Source of the DNA: a virus
Reading direction: 5' to 3' (one strand)
Length of the DNA: 64,000 bases
IMG/VR virus record: IMGVR_UViG_3300020390_000002
Coordinates: 27,336-91,335 of that record
Made by a program: the position numbers and the translations under genes. The notes beneath the pieces were generated by a model. The model did not search any database, had not been told where the DNA came from, and saw only the letters and a list, made by a program, of their open reading frames with translations. This document shows positions 8,490-17,485 of this stretch, piece by piece (position 1 is the first letter of the stretch; each line of letters starts with the position of its first letter).

Positions 8490-8881
8490 GCTGGCCGCTC
8501 GAAGCGATCAACGACACTAGCCTGCAACCCTTGCCCTCTCGCCAGCTCGCGCAGTTTCTGTGGCCATTCGCAAACTTCACTGGCGTCGTGAACCATTTGC
8601 AGGCGGTGAATCAGCGAGGCGTGCTGAGTTGGCACGCGACCTTGAGCATGCAGCGTGGGCCAGACCTTGCCCTCTTGAATCTGACACAACTCGCTGTCGG
8701 CGACGAAGCAGCCCGCCGCGCAGGCCAGTCCGTCGAGCGTCCGGTATCGGCAAAGATTGTGTCCCGCCCCGTCCGATTCTCGGCTCTTGGCGTTCTGGGT
8801 GAGGAGGTGCTCCGCTGCCTGGTCGAAGACCGCCTGAGCGGTGGCCTGGGGCAGCGTAGCGAGGGTGATTTTTTCGGCCAT
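8486..8881 (-). CDS. Phage hypothetical protein
   Basis: HLLTQN...CRYR...CAAGC...LQMVHD pattern. Confidence 0.75.
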   Translation of the reverse strand: MAEKITLATLPQATAQAVFDQAAEHLLTQNAKSRESDGAGHNLCRYRTLDGLACAAGCFVADSELCQIQEGKVWPTLHAQGRVPTQHASLIHRLQMVHDASEVCEWPQKLRELARGQGLQASVVDRFERPA

Positions 8882-8890
8882 GACGGTCTC

Positions 8891-8977
8891 CTAGTAGAGA
8901 GCTTCGAGAAAATCCCCGAAGCCCAGGAAGTCGAGAGCAAGGATGGTGAGTGCGATGAAAACGACGAATACCTTCAT
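8891..8977 (-). CDS. Single-TM microprotein (28 aa)
   Basis: MKVFVVFIALTILALDFLGFGDFLEALY. ATGA-coupled and fills the gap between neighbours. Confidence 0.45.
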   Translation of the reverse strand: MKVFVVFIALTILALDFLGFGDFLEALY

Positions 8978-9546
8978 GCCGGATCGATCGCCTCCGGCGT
9001 GCGGATGCCGCCTTTCAAGCCATAGATTTCGTTCACCAGGTTGATCGCCTGCTTCCACTCGCTCCAGTCGCCATCCGATCTGATCGTCCAGCAGCCGGGT
9101 GCCTCGTTCTCGCAGACCAGCAGCAGCGCGCAGACCAGCAGGTCGTAGGGCTTGCGTGCGGTCTTGCAGAAGTTGAAGATCCCCTCGCCCGACTTGAAGG
9201 CGTCCTCCTGCCAGTCTTCCGGCGTGCAGGTGCGCTCCAAGAGCATCGTTTCGTGGCCGAGATCGGCTTCACCGCCGCCGTCGGCAGGTTCGCAGCCGTT
9301 GAATAGAATCATCGACTCGGTGCTCACGAAGGTGTGCTCTATCGTGCTGTTCTTCGACGCCACTTTGAACACGCCTTCGGTTTCGCCTTGAGCGTCGATA
9401 GCCAGCGGGTCCTCCTCGTGATAGCCGCCCGCCGTGCCGGTGAACTCGGGTGCGCGATGAGCGCATTGCAGGAACTTGGCCCGGATCGCGTCCCACTGCT
9501 CGTCGGTGGGCGCCTTGTGCCATCTGAAGTAGTGCGTGTAGCCCAT
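8974..9546 (-). CDS. Phage hypothetical protein
   Basis: MGYTHYF...FNFCKTARKPYD...SDGD. AGGAGG RBS. Confidence 0.8.
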   Translation of the reverse strand: MGYTHYFRWHKAPTDEQWDAIRAKFLQCAHRAPEFTGTAGGYHEEDPLAIDAQGETEGVFKVASKNSTIEHTFVSTESMILFNGCEPADGGGEADLGHETMLLERTCTPEDWQEDAFKSGEGIFNFCKTARKPYDLLVCALLLVCENEAPGCWTIRSDGDWSEWKQAINLVNEIYGLKGGIRTPEAIDPA

Positions 9547-9564
9547 ATTGTTGTAACCTCCTGT

Positions 9565-9582
9565 TAAGTCAGCGTTTACTTA
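9565..9582. promoter_or_regulatory. Palindromic operator copy
   Basis: TAAGTCAGCGTTTACTTA. Confidence 0.75.
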
Positions 9583-9610
9583 TTATTTCAGACGCAAAGC
9601 GGCTGTTCGA

Positions 9611-10015
9611 CTACAGGTCCTGGGACGCCATTATCGTGACCACTACCTCGCCCTCGTCGCCGGGGCCGACGTTCACGAACACGCGGTTAAGCTCAATCTC
9701 CTGGTCCGGATACCTCAGCGCCGGAACCTCGAACTCCAGGTCGCCTGAAACCGGCTTGTCCCTGGTCGCAAGCATGTGGCGCATGGCCTCATGCAGCAGT
9801 ATGTATTCGCGCGCGGTCTCGTAGCCCAGGCGTTCCATCGGCTCCTCGCTCGGCCAGGCGACGTTCTCGTTCCAGCAGTTGATGGCGATTGCCACCGGCA
9901 CCTTGAAGCCCATCGCAGCGGCGCCATCGGTGACGTCTTTCAGGACGCCATCCTCGAGGGCTTGCGCCCTAGAGTAGGTGAAGATCGGCTCGCCGAAGAT
10001 GTCGTCCATGCTCAT
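9611..10015 (-). CDS. Hypothetical protein (DUF6573-like)
   Basis: IFTYSRAQALEDGVLKDV...GPGDEGEVVVTIM. Confidence 0.7.
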   Translation of the reverse strand: MSMDDIFGEPIFTYSRAQALEDGVLKDVTDGAAAMGFKVPVAIAINCWNENVAWPSEEPMERLGYETAREYILLHEAMRHMLATRDKPVSGDLEFEVPALRYPDQEIELNRVFVNVGPGDEGEVVVTIMASQDL

Positions 10016-10770
10016 GCCGCCACCTTCTGCGACAGCTTCTGGGTCAGCGGGTGATCGCGCTCGATAGTGAACTCGCCCCGGACGCCGGTCGGCTTGAGCA
10101 TGCCCACCGTCACGAGCAGCCCCTTGAGCTGACCCGCCTGGGCATTCGCGGTGCCGGGCCGATAGCCGTTGTCCGCATAGACCTGCTTGAGGTCGACCAT
10201 GTGGACGATGCCGCTGTCCTTCGCGAGCGCGGTGTCGATGGCGAGCTCGGTGTAGCGCGAGAGCTTCGCGCCGGACACCAGGTGCTGCACGAGATTGACC
10301 GCCTTGTCCTGGGTCTTCTTCGGCAGATCGCTGAGCCGGTCGAGCAAGATGGCGGTGCGCTCCTGGCGGCCCGCATCATCCAGCGCCGTGAGGTCCAACA
10401 CGCCCTCGCCTGCCAACGGCGGCCCCACAAGCGTGAGCTGACCGTCCTTGACGAGTTCGCCGACACGCGCGCTGACGGTCGCACCCGGCGCGCGGGGCGC
10501 GCGCTTCGCCTTCGGCGCAGCAGCCGCTTCCGACTTGACGGCGACTTCGGTGAGTGCGTCCGGGTTGTCTTCGAGCTGCTTGGCGTAGACCTCGTGGCGC
10601 ATTTCGTCGCTGGCGATCGCCTTCTCGAGGGTCTGCATGTTCTCGCTGGAATCGGCGAGCATGGCTTCGATCTCGTCGGCGATGTCGCCACGAGCGTCTT
10701 CCGCGGCGTCGATTTCGCTGAGCGCCGCGTCCAGATCGAAGTTGTCGTCGAGGCTGATTTCTTCTTTCAT
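10012..10770 (-). CDS. Putative DNA-binding protein (acidic N-terminus, C-terminal wHTH-like)
   Basis: 252 aa, motif GTANAQAGQLKGLLVTVGML. Confidence 0.75.
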   Translation of the reverse strand: MKEEISLDDNFDLDAALSEIDAAEDARGDIADEIEAMLADSSENMQTLEKAIASDEMRHEVYAKQLEDNPDALTEVAVKSEAAAAPKAKRAPRAPGATVSARVGELVKDGQLTLVGPPLAGEGVLDLTALDDAGRQERTAILLDRLSDLPKKTQDKAVNLVQHLVSGAKLSRYTELAIDTALAKDSGIVHMVDLKQVYADNGYRPGTANAQAGQLKGLLVTVGMLKPTGVRGEFTIERDHPLTQKLSQKVAA

Positions 10771-10785
10771 TTTACCTCCTGCGTG

Positions 10786-10803
10786 TAAGTCAGTGCTGAG
10801 TCA
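10786..10803. promoter_or_regulatory. Palindromic operator copy
   Basis: TAAGTCAGTGCTGAGTCA, downstream of a minus-strand TTGTCA-N17-CATAAT promoter. Confidence 0.8.
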
Positions 10804-10860
10804 TTACTCGAATCGAATTATGTGCGATCCGATACGGCATGACAATAGCTGGGAGCGGCT

Positions 10861-11358
10861 TTAGTAACGCTCGGTCTTGCTCCACAGGCCCCAGGCCAGC
10901 AGCTGCCCGGCGCAGGCATCATTGGCGCGCTCGTGCAGTTCGTCGGAGCGGATCGGACGCGGCAGCGTGAACACGGCGCGCGTCATGTTTTCCCGCATCT
11001 CGAGGTTCTTGGCGCTGGCCCGCTCGATGCCCGGCACGGTCTTGTAATACTCGCGTATCTCGGCCTCGCTCATGCCGCCGTTGATGAAGCCTGCGACCTC
11101 TTCGGCGTGCTCGCTGAACACGCGGCAGACGTAGAGATTCTCGGCGCCGGAGAAGTATGGGTGGTCGTAGTCGGCCAGCAGCGGCTGGGGTGCGTCGGGT
11201 GACGGCTGGTCAAAGGCGACGGCTTGAACCGACGGCTGCTCTTTGACATCGCTGGCCGTATCCACGGCCTCGCCCTGGGTCACGGCATAGGCGGTCAGCG
11301 CGCTGCCGCAGATGATGCCGGCACTCAGCGCGCCAGTGATCAGGATGGTTTTCTTCAT
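10861..11358 (-). CDS. Exported hypothetical protein
   Basis: Sec-type signal peptide MKKTILITGALSAGIICGSALTAYA. Confidence 0.7.
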   Translation of the reverse strand: MKKTILITGALSAGIICGSALTAYAVTQGEAVDTASDVKEQPSVQAVAFDQPSPDAPQPLLADYDHPYFSGAENLYVCRVFSEHAEEVAGFINGGMSEAEIREYYKTVPGIERASAKNLEMRENMTRAVFTLPRPIRSDELHERANDACAGQLLAWGLWSKTERY

Positions 11359-11437
11359 GTGGCCCCCTATGCTGTGAATGGACGATTTATTAGATAACGT
11401 CCGCAGCGGCGCGTCTATATTCGGCAGAGGCCAGGCA

Positions 11438-11465
11438 TAAAAAAGCCGGCCCCATAAGGGCCGGC
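11438..11465 (-). terminator. Rho-independent terminator
   Basis: GCCGGCCC-cataa-GGGCCGGC with an A-run on the plus strand. Confidence 0.75.
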
Positions 11466-11514
11466 AATCACACTACTCAGCACGAGTAGAGAATAGCCGC
11501 TGTCAGCGTGCGCT

Positions 11515-12078
11515 TCAAGCGGCCTGGTGGTCCTCAGATTCTTGATTCGGCAGCGCAAAGAACCCCATGTCGATCCCCCGGAAGAGACACTCCATCATCA
11601 CCCTGACGTCGTACTCCGCAGCGTGGGCCTGCTCGGTGTCATAGTCGACGCCGAGCGCGAACGCCAGCTCCATGAGCTTCGGCTTCTTGCCGTCCGGCGT
11701 CGCCCACCGCGAGTCCAGGGTGTCGACCACACTCAGGTGCGTCGGCACCGGCTGCTTCACCCGATTCAGCTCGGCTGCGAGGAACGGCACGTCGAACGAC
11801 ATGGCGTTATGGGCCACCAGCACATTGCACTTCGCCAGAATCTTGTTGACCTGCTCGGCCATCTGCTCGAACGTCGGGCAGCCTTCGAGGTCTTCGAGCG
11901 CGATGCGATGCACGGCCTGCGCCTTCGGGTCGATGCTGCGCCCCGGATAGATGCGCCGGGTGAAGTTCAGCAGCTCGCGCCGCGATGGCCAGTGATAGAG
12001 GATCAGCGAAATCTCGATGATCCGATGGTCGTTGAAGTCCAGCCCCGTCGTTTCGAGGTCGAATCCACCCAGGATCAT
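11515..12078 (-). CDS. DEDDh 3'-5' exonuclease (DnaQ/epsilon-like)
   Basis: FDLETTG, AHNAMSFD and AHAAEYD motifs. Confidence 0.9.
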   Translation of the reverse strand: MILGGFDLETTGLDFNDHRIIEISLILYHWPSRRELLNFTRRIYPGRSIDPKAQAVHRIALEDLEGCPTFEQMAEQVNKILAKCNVLVAHNAMSFDVPFLAAELNRVKQPVPTHLSVVDTLDSRWATPDGKKPKLMELAFALGVDYDTEQAHAAEYDVRVMMECLFRGIDMGFFALPNQESEDHQAA

Positions 12079-12515
12079 AGCTTGACCCAGCCGGTGCGGC
12101 CGACGATCTCGGCGATGAACTTGCGATAACCTTGCTCCGCTTCGAGATACGGTTGTTCTTCGGCCGAAAAATCCTTCTGCCGGTGCTCGCCGTCGATCGT
12201 GTAGCGGAACACCTCGTCTCCGGGCATCCAGTAGGCCGTGATGTAGTGGCCAGACTTGGAAAAGACCTGCATGCCGATGAGCTCTTCGGGCATCCGGCTG
12301 GCTGTGTCGGCCGCCTGCTCAAGTATCCGGCGCACCTTGTCCGAACACAGGCCGCTGACGCTCGACCATACGACCTGAACGCCACAGACCACCTCTTCGC
12401 GCGAAATGCGTCGCAGCTTGTGGTCGGTGAACAGGCGCTTGAGCGTATCAATCGCCTTGCGATCCAACTCTTCCTCGAAACTCGGGAAGTCCATCGACTC
12501 CGCGGTTGCACTCAT
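12075..12515 (-). CDS. Hypothetical protein
   Basis: Start reassigned to MSATAES (ATGA overlap). Confidence 0.7.
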   Translation of the reverse strand: MSATAESMDFPSFEEELDRKAIDTLKRLFTDHKLRRISREEVVCGVQVVWSSVSGLCSDKVRRILEQAADTASRMPEELIGMQVFSKSGHYITAYWMPGDEVFRYTIDGEHRQKDFSAEEQPYLEAEQGYRKFIAEIVGRTGWVKL

Positions 12516-12722
12516 TCGGATTCTTCCTCGTTGGTGCCGGGCCGGTGCCTTTTGAGCGAGCCCAGGCGATTGATGATGTCGTCGATCACGTCTGAGGTGG
12601 TTTCTCGGGTGCCGCCGATACAGATCGAAGCCAGGCGCACGCACCCATCCATTAGGATTTGATGCGCCTGGCTGGGAGACGGCCCTCTCATTCGGATTCT
12701 TCCTCGTTGGTGCCGGGCCGGT
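12511..12722. repeat. 36-bp exact direct repeat (12511-12546 and 12687-12722)
   Basis: CTCATTCGGATTCTTCCTCGTTGGTGCCGGGCCGGT occurs twice. Confidence 0.95.
12512..12691 (-). CDS. 59-aa partial paralog of 12688..12969 (not in ORF track)
   Basis: MRGPSPSQAHQILMDGCVRLASICIGGTRETTSDVIDDIINRLGSLKRHRPGTNEEESE, ATGA-coupled at both ends. Confidence 0.6.
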   Translation of the reverse strand: MRGPSPSQAHQILMDGCVRLASICIGGTRETTSDVIDDIINRLGSLKRHRPGTNEEESE

Positions 12723-12969
12723 AACTCGGCCCGATTTGGGTTGCGATACGGGCGATCGTGTCGTCGACCAACAGGCGAACGTCAGCCGGGATGCCGGCAT
12801 CGTTCATCGCCGCGAGACGCGCAAACGCCTCGGAGAGAATGTCGCGATGCTTTTCCAGGCGCTCGATCTCGCGCTCGGCGCGCATCATGTCGGCGATGAC
12901 GTTCTCGAGGGTGCGCTTGGCACCCTCGACCTCACGTCGCGAGAGCTGCTGCTTGCGGATCGTATTCAT
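12688..12969 (-). CDS. Coiled-coil hypothetical protein
   Basis: Start MNTIRKQ (ATGA overlap). Confidence 0.65.
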   Translation of the reverse strand: MNTIRKQQLSRREVEGAKRTLENVIADMMRAEREIERLEKHRDILSEAFARLAAMNDAGIPADVRLLVDDTIARIATQIGPSYRPGTNEEESE

Positions 12970-13550
12970 GCGGCCTTGTTGGTGATGCCGAGCATCGCGT
13001 TGATGTCGATCACCTTCATCGGCAGATTGACCGTCGGCGGGGCGTCCTCCGGCGGCATGAAGCGCTCTGCTTCCGGCCACAGGGCCAGGAGCTGGCTCGT
13101 CGTCTTGACGGCGTGAAGCAGGTCGTAGAGCCCGCGATCGATCTGTTCGATCTGCTTTTTGCATTCAACCAACCGTCCGACAGCCTTCGAATAGGCTTCG
13201 AATGCCCGCTGCTGCTTGGCGGTTTTCAGGGTCTCGCCGTCACCGCCCTCGGACCTCAGCCAGGCGGCGGGAAGACGCAGCCGCTTGCCGTCCATCCTGA
13301 CGTAGGTGCCCTCACGGTCGCTGCTGGTGAGAAAGACGCGGAAGCCGTCGTGGCTCACGAAGAAATCCTCGGGCACCGATCTGAAGGCGTCCAGCCGGTC
13401 GTCAAGCAAGATGTCGCGAAGGGCGATTACCGCCTTGTTCACGTCGCGGCCGGCTTTCTCCCGCTCTTTCGTGGCGGGCGCATCCTGCAGCGCCGCGCGC
13501 TTGATGGAACTGCGCAGGTTATCGCTGAGATTCTTGGATTTACGGGCCAT
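12966..13550 (-). CDS. Nmad5-like (nucleotide-modification-associated) protein
   Basis: C-terminal TTSQLLALWPEAERFMP resembles the Nmad5 signature. Confidence 0.6.
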   Translation of the reverse strand: MARKSKNLSDNLRSSIKRAALQDAPATKEREKAGRDVNKAVIALRDILLDDRLDAFRSVPEDFFVSHDGFRVFLTSSDREGTYVRMDGKRLRLPAAWLRSEGGDGETLKTAKQQRAFEAYSKAVGRLVECKKQIEQIDRGLYDLLHAVKTTSQLLALWPEAERFMPPEDAPPTVNLPMKVIDINAMLGITNKAA

Positions 13551-13623
13551 ATTTTTCTCCTTTGTGCTGTGTAGTAGACTGATTTTGTTGGATTAGAAGC
13601 GGCTGATCACGCTTAGGTGACGG

Positions 13624-14229
13624 TCAGTGCGTCCCTGCCACCTTCGCCAGCTCCATGTCGTCCTGCTGCAGGCTGTGCCGCATGGTGTCGAGCATTTCGA
13701 CCCGCTGATCGAGCGCCGTTACCGACGGCCGGCAGAGCATCGCTCGGCATCTATTCAGATCGAATGCGACGCCACGCACGATAGCGTTGAACTGCGCCAT
13801 GTAGGCCGTGTTGGGCTCGGCCTTGCCCTCTTCGGCAGCGATCGGTATGCCCGGCTGCAGGATCAAGACGCCGCCGAAATAACGGTCGGTCAGGTTCAGA
13901 CAGGCGGTGACGTATTTCGACACGATCACTTCCATGACGCCGGACGTGCAGTTGCGGGCGTCCGCGAGCGTGTACGCGATCAGGTCGAGCGGCGTGCGGT
14001 CGCTGATGAACACGCCGCCGGCCTCTTTGAACAGCTCAGTGAAGTGCGCCAGCAACGCCTGTTGCAGCAACATTCGAGATGCGAACGGGATCGGCCGATC
14101 GACAGGAATCCCCATGACTTGCGCGATGGCGCCGACATTGGTTTCGATGAACGGGATGTCTGCCAGCTCCGCGTAAGCCCTGGCGAGTGTGGTTTTGCCC
14201 GTGCGGTGGGCGCCGGTGAGTCCGAGCAT
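13624..14229 (-). CDS. P-loop nucleotide kinase (AAA_28/NadR-type)
   Basis: GLTGAHRTGKTTLA and ISDRTPLD. Confidence 0.8.
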   Translation of the reverse strand: MLGLTGAHRTGKTTLARAYAELADIPFIETNVGAIAQVMGIPVDRPIPFASRMLLQQALLAHFTELFKEAGGVFISDRTPLDLIAYTLADARNCTSGVMEVIVSKYVTACLNLTDRYFGGVLILQPGIPIAAEEGKAEPNTAYMAQFNAIVRGVAFDLNRCRAMLCRPSVTALDQRVEMLDTMRHSLQQDDMELAKVAGTH

Positions 14230-14242
14230 GTATTCCCTCCTT

Positions 14243-14282
14243 GAGGTCAGCGCTGAACCCCTATTGACTCAGCGCTGACTTA
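14243..14282. promoter_or_regulatory. Two tandem palindromic operator copies
   Basis: GAGGTCAGCGCTGAACCC (14243) and TGACTCAGCGCTGACTTA (14265). Confidence 0.8.
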
Positions 14283-14319
14283 TCATTTTAGACGAAAGCA
14301 AACGGTTTGCAAGCCCTGG

Positions 14320-14715
14320 CTAGTAGCTGCCGCTGGCACCACCACCGCCGAAGTCGCCACCGCCGCCGGAGAAGCTGCTGCCGCCCGCATCGTGGCCGCC
14401 CCAGCCGAAGCCATCGCCACCCATGCCGAAGCCCATGCCGGCCCCGTACAGGCTGGCTGAGCGCATCTCCTCGTCTTCATCGTCGAGCCGCCGGCGGCGC
14501 GCTCGTTCGGCCTCGCGGTGCCGGCGCTCCGATTCCTCGACGATGCGCCGCGCCGTCCAGCCATCGGTGATGCTGTCCTCGTCGTCGGCTTCGTCCAGCT
14601 CCGGGGTGTCGGTATAGCGCGCGTGAACTTCGTCCAGGCGGTCGTCCATGAAGGCCGCCAGCCGCTCTTCCCGACGCCGCGCGTAGAGTGCTTTGATCCG
14701 GGCGATTATGCCCAT
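14320..14715 (-). CDS. Hypothetical protein with Gly-rich C-terminal tail
   Basis: Ends FSGGGGDFGGGGASGSY. Confidence 0.7.
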   Translation of the reverse strand: MGIIARIKALYARRREERLAAFMDDRLDEVHARYTDTPELDEADDEDSITDGWTARRIVEESERRHREAERARRRRLDDEDEEMRSASLYGAGMGFGMGGDGFGWGGHDAGGSSFSGGGGDFGGGGASGSY

Positions 14716-14728
14716 AGTTATCTCCTTT

Positions 14729-14746
14729 TGAGTCAGTGGTGAATTA
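14729..14746. promoter_or_regulatory. Palindromic operator copy (degenerate)
   Basis: TGAGTCAGTGGTGAATTA. Confidence 0.65.
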
Positions 14747-14747
14747 T

Positions 14748-15155
14748 CTATGCGGTCGCGTGGGAGCCGCCCGTGTGGACGGCATCACAGCCGGAGCCGC
14801 CCGTGTGGGCGGGGATGTAGCCGAAGTCCTGGCGCTGACGCACTACGCGCAGGGGCTCATTGCCCGAGTCGAGGCGGGTGCAGATCGTCAGCTCCGCTTT
14901 CGGCAGATTCCACCGCGCGACCTCGTTGCCGGCGTGGAAGAACAGGCCGAACATGCCGTTGTTGCGATCGGTGACGACCATCGACTGATCGAACCGCACG
15001 CCGAGCGCCTCGAGCGCGAGCTGGCCGAAGTTGATGCCTTCGATCGTGACGCCGCCGCAGACACTGCGCCGCAGGCCACGTGCGCCGTGCTTGTTGCGCA
15101 GGTCATCCATGCGATGACCGACCTGGGCCAGAATTACGTCTTGCTTGGTTTCCAT
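14748..15155 (-). CDS. Hypothetical protein
   Basis: 135 aa, coupled to the thyA stop. Confidence 0.65.
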   Translation of the reverse strand: METKQDVILAQVGHRMDDLRNKHGARGLRRSVCGGVTIEGINFGQLALEALGVRFDQSMVVTDRNNGMFGLFFHAGNEVARWNLPKAELTICTRLDSGNEPLRVVRQRQDFGYIPAHTGGSGCDAVHTGGSHATA

Positions 15156-16642
15156 CAGATTGCTACCTCCGCAGAGATTTTCGGGTGTGAGTTGTAGCCC
15201 TGGAGATCGAAGTCGTCGTAGACGAACTCGTCGATGGTGGCGCGCGGTGCGATCACCATTCGGGGCGGCAGCCGGGGCTCACGGCTGAGCTGTTCTTGCA
15301 CCTGCTCGAGGTGATTCGAATAGATATGGGCGTCGCCGATGGTGTGGACGAAGGTCTGCGGCACGTGGCCGGTCACCCGCGCGACCATCATGGTCAGCAG
15401 CGCATACGAGGCGATGTTGAACGGCACGCCCAGGAACAGGTCGGCGCTGCGCTGATAGAGCTGGCAAGAGAGTCCGCGGCGCGGGATGTTGGCGCGGTCC
15501 ATCGCGTCATGCCCGCCCCAGCCGCCCTTCGGCTCGCCCCACTGCTGGCGATACAGCTCGCAGCGGTGACCCAGGGTCAGCGGCTGGGAGTAGAACTGGA
15601 ACAGCAGATGGCACGGCGGCAGCGCCATCAGCTCCACTTGCCCCGGATTCCATGCGGAAACGATATGCCGGCGACCATCGGGGTTAGTCTTGAGACCCTC
15701 GATCACGTTGGCGAGCTGATCCACCCCATCATTGAGGTTTTCTACGGATACCAGCTCGAACCCGTATCGTTTTTTACCGAGCTTCGGGTCGACCCAGAGA
15801 TCTGACAGGTTTCGACCATCAACGGCACGGCCGTCTGCATTCATGCGCTCGCAGAAAGCCGCTATGTTGGTGAACTGATACGACCTGTTTTCATCCTTGA
15901 TCGTGTAGAGCTTGTTCGCGCCAAAGCCCGCGTTCGCTTCGTCGGTCACCCAAACACAATGTTCAGGGGCATAGACGAAGCCGTTACCCGCGGAGTCCTT
16001 ATCGAGAACGTATCGTCGATCAGACTTTACCTTGTCCGAGTATCCCGGCAGCCGCTCGGCGTCCGCCGCGAATGCGGCGAACTCCAACCAGCGGTTGCAA
16101 ACCGAAACGCCGCGCGCGCCATATCTCGCGTAGCTAGGCGAGTGAATGTCATAGCAGCGCGCGACCATCCCTTCCCATGTTTTACCCAGAGCGTGCTTGG
16201 ACTTGCCGGCGCCATTAGCTACGCCGAGATAGGTAGCGGCAACACCCTCCCGCAGTTTGGGCGTCGGCTGCGGCACACTTTCCGGCCGCTTGCCGTAGCG
16301 TCGCCAGGACCAGCCGTACACCGGCCCCAGATCCCCGTTCTCGTCGGCCCACTCGTCCCATATCCGCACGCCGTTTTCTTTCAGGTAGCGGATATTGGTG
16401 TCGCCGCGGATGAACCACAGCAGCTCATGGATCACCGACTTCAGGTGAACCTTCTTGGTGGTCAGCAGCGGGAAGCCGCGCGCCAGGTTGAAGCGCATCT
16501 GGGCGCCGAAGTAGCTGATCGTGCCGGTGCCGGTGCGATCGTCCTTCTCGACGCCATGCAGCAACACCCGGGTGAGCAGGTTCAGATATTCCGCCTCGTT
16601 GGCTACGCTGGCGGCGAACAGTGCGTTGTGGGGGCTACTCAT
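15155..16642 (-). CDS. thyA: Thymidylate synthase with in-frame HNH endonuclease-like insertion
   Basis: [42 protein letters not shown] and DAHIY motifs. Insert of about 190 aa (residues ~117-305). Confidence 0.95.
   Translation of the reverse strand: MSSPHNALFAASVANEAEYLNLLTRVLLHGVEKDDRTGTGTISYFGAQMRFNLARGFPLLTTKKVHLKSVIHELLWFIRGDTNIRYLKENGVRIWDEWADENGDLGPVYGWSWRRYGKRPESVPQPTPKLREGVAATYLGVANGAGKSKHALGKTWEGMVARCYDIHSPSYARYGARGVSVCNRWLEFAAFAADAERLPGYSDKVKSDRRYVLDKDSAGNGFVYAPEHCVWVTDEANAGFGANKLYTIKDENRSYQFTNIAAFCERMNADGRAVDGRNLSDLWVDPKLGKKRYGFELVSVENLNDGVDQLANVIEGLKTNPDGRRHIVSAWNPGQVELMALPPCHLLFQFYSQPLTLGHRCELYRQQWGEPKGGWGGHDAMDRANIPRRGLSCQLYQRSADLFLGVPFNIASYALLTMMVARVTGHVPQTFVHTIGDAHIYSNHLEQVQEQLSREPRLPPRMVIAPRATIDEFVYDDFDLQGYNSHPKISAEVAI
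15728..16294 (-). mobile_element. HNH homing-endonuclease-like domain inserted in thyA
   Basis: WEGMVARCY...[18 protein letters not shown]...LDKD...[10 protein letters not shown]...N. Lower GC3 than flanks, no intein termini. Confidence 0.8.
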
Positions 16643-17003
16643 CGGCGCCGCGCTCCTTCATGGCTTGCGCCAGGTAGAGGTCGAAATCCCTGGTCTTTGC
16701 GCTAGCCGAATGCTCCATGACATCGGCGTAGTCGCTTTCCAAGTCGGGATGGATCACGTGGACCAGCTCTTTCGGGTCCGTGCCGTCGGTGTCGTAGTCG
16801 AGGATCGTGACCTGCACCGGCAGGTTCGATTCGATGCCCTGCGCGACGCCGCCGCGAACGTGAATGATCACGTGGGCTTCGGGGTCGGCGCAGCGACAGC
16901 GCATGACGCTTTTCGGGATACTGCCGAAATACGGCGGCGCGGGCGGCGGAGCTGGGCGTTGGGCGCCCTCCGGCGGGTTGGGATTGGAGCCTTTCTTACT
17001 CAT
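16635..17003 (-). CDS. Hypothetical protein
   Basis: Start MSKKGS after AGGAGA. Confidence 0.7.
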   Translation of the reverse strand: MSKKGSNPNPPEGAQRPAPPPAPPYFGSIPKSVMRCRCADPEAHVIIHVRGGVAQGIESNLPVQVTILDYDTDGTDPKELVHVIHPDLESDYADVMEHSASAKTRDFDLYLAQAMKERGADE

Positions 17004-17085
17004 TTCGTCTCCTGCGTGTTGCGTTGGAGTTATTGTTGAATCGGGCAGACGGGCACGCACGCATCGGCGCACGTGCCCCTTGCTG

Positions 17086-17475
17086 TTAGCCGCTGATGCT
17101 CGTTTCCAGATCGATATTCGGGATGATCGATTGAGGCTTGAAGATCACGCGGTAGTGGAAGGTGCTGGCCTTCGTAGAATCGAGCTGCTCCGAGAAGTAG
17201 GTCACGTTGTCGCTCAGCCCCAGGTGATGCTTCTTGAGTTCGCCGTTTTCCGTCATGCAGAGCACGCGCAAAACGCTGGAGCCGATGTCGATCGAGCAGC
17301 GCCCCTCGATTACCAGCATGTATTTGTCGGTGATGCCGTTGTAGAAGACGATCCGGCGGTTCAGCTCGAACTCGTCGCCGGCCTTGGACAGGTTTCGGGA
17401 TGCAACGGTGGCAGCCGTATCGCAGCCGGCCAGGAGCGGCAGAGCCAGGCAGGCCGCAATGATGAGTTTTTTCAT
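17086..17475 (-). CDS. Phage lipoprotein
   Basis: MKK, hydrophobic stretch, lipobox LAGC. FELNRRIVFYNGITD. Confidence 0.8.
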   Translation of the reverse strand: MKKLIIAACLALPLLAGCDTAATVASRNLSKAGDEFELNRRIVFYNGITDKYMLVIEGRCSIDIGSSVLRVLCMTENGELKKHHLGLSDNVTYFSEQLDSTKASTFHYRVIFKPQSIIPNIDLETSISG

Positions 17476-17485
17476 GGGCACCCCC

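Noticed and set aside
14762-14808. 16-bp direct repeat GGAGCCGCCCGTGTGG
   Set aside because: A small in-frame duplication (HTGGS twice) at an ORF end, with no evidence of further function.
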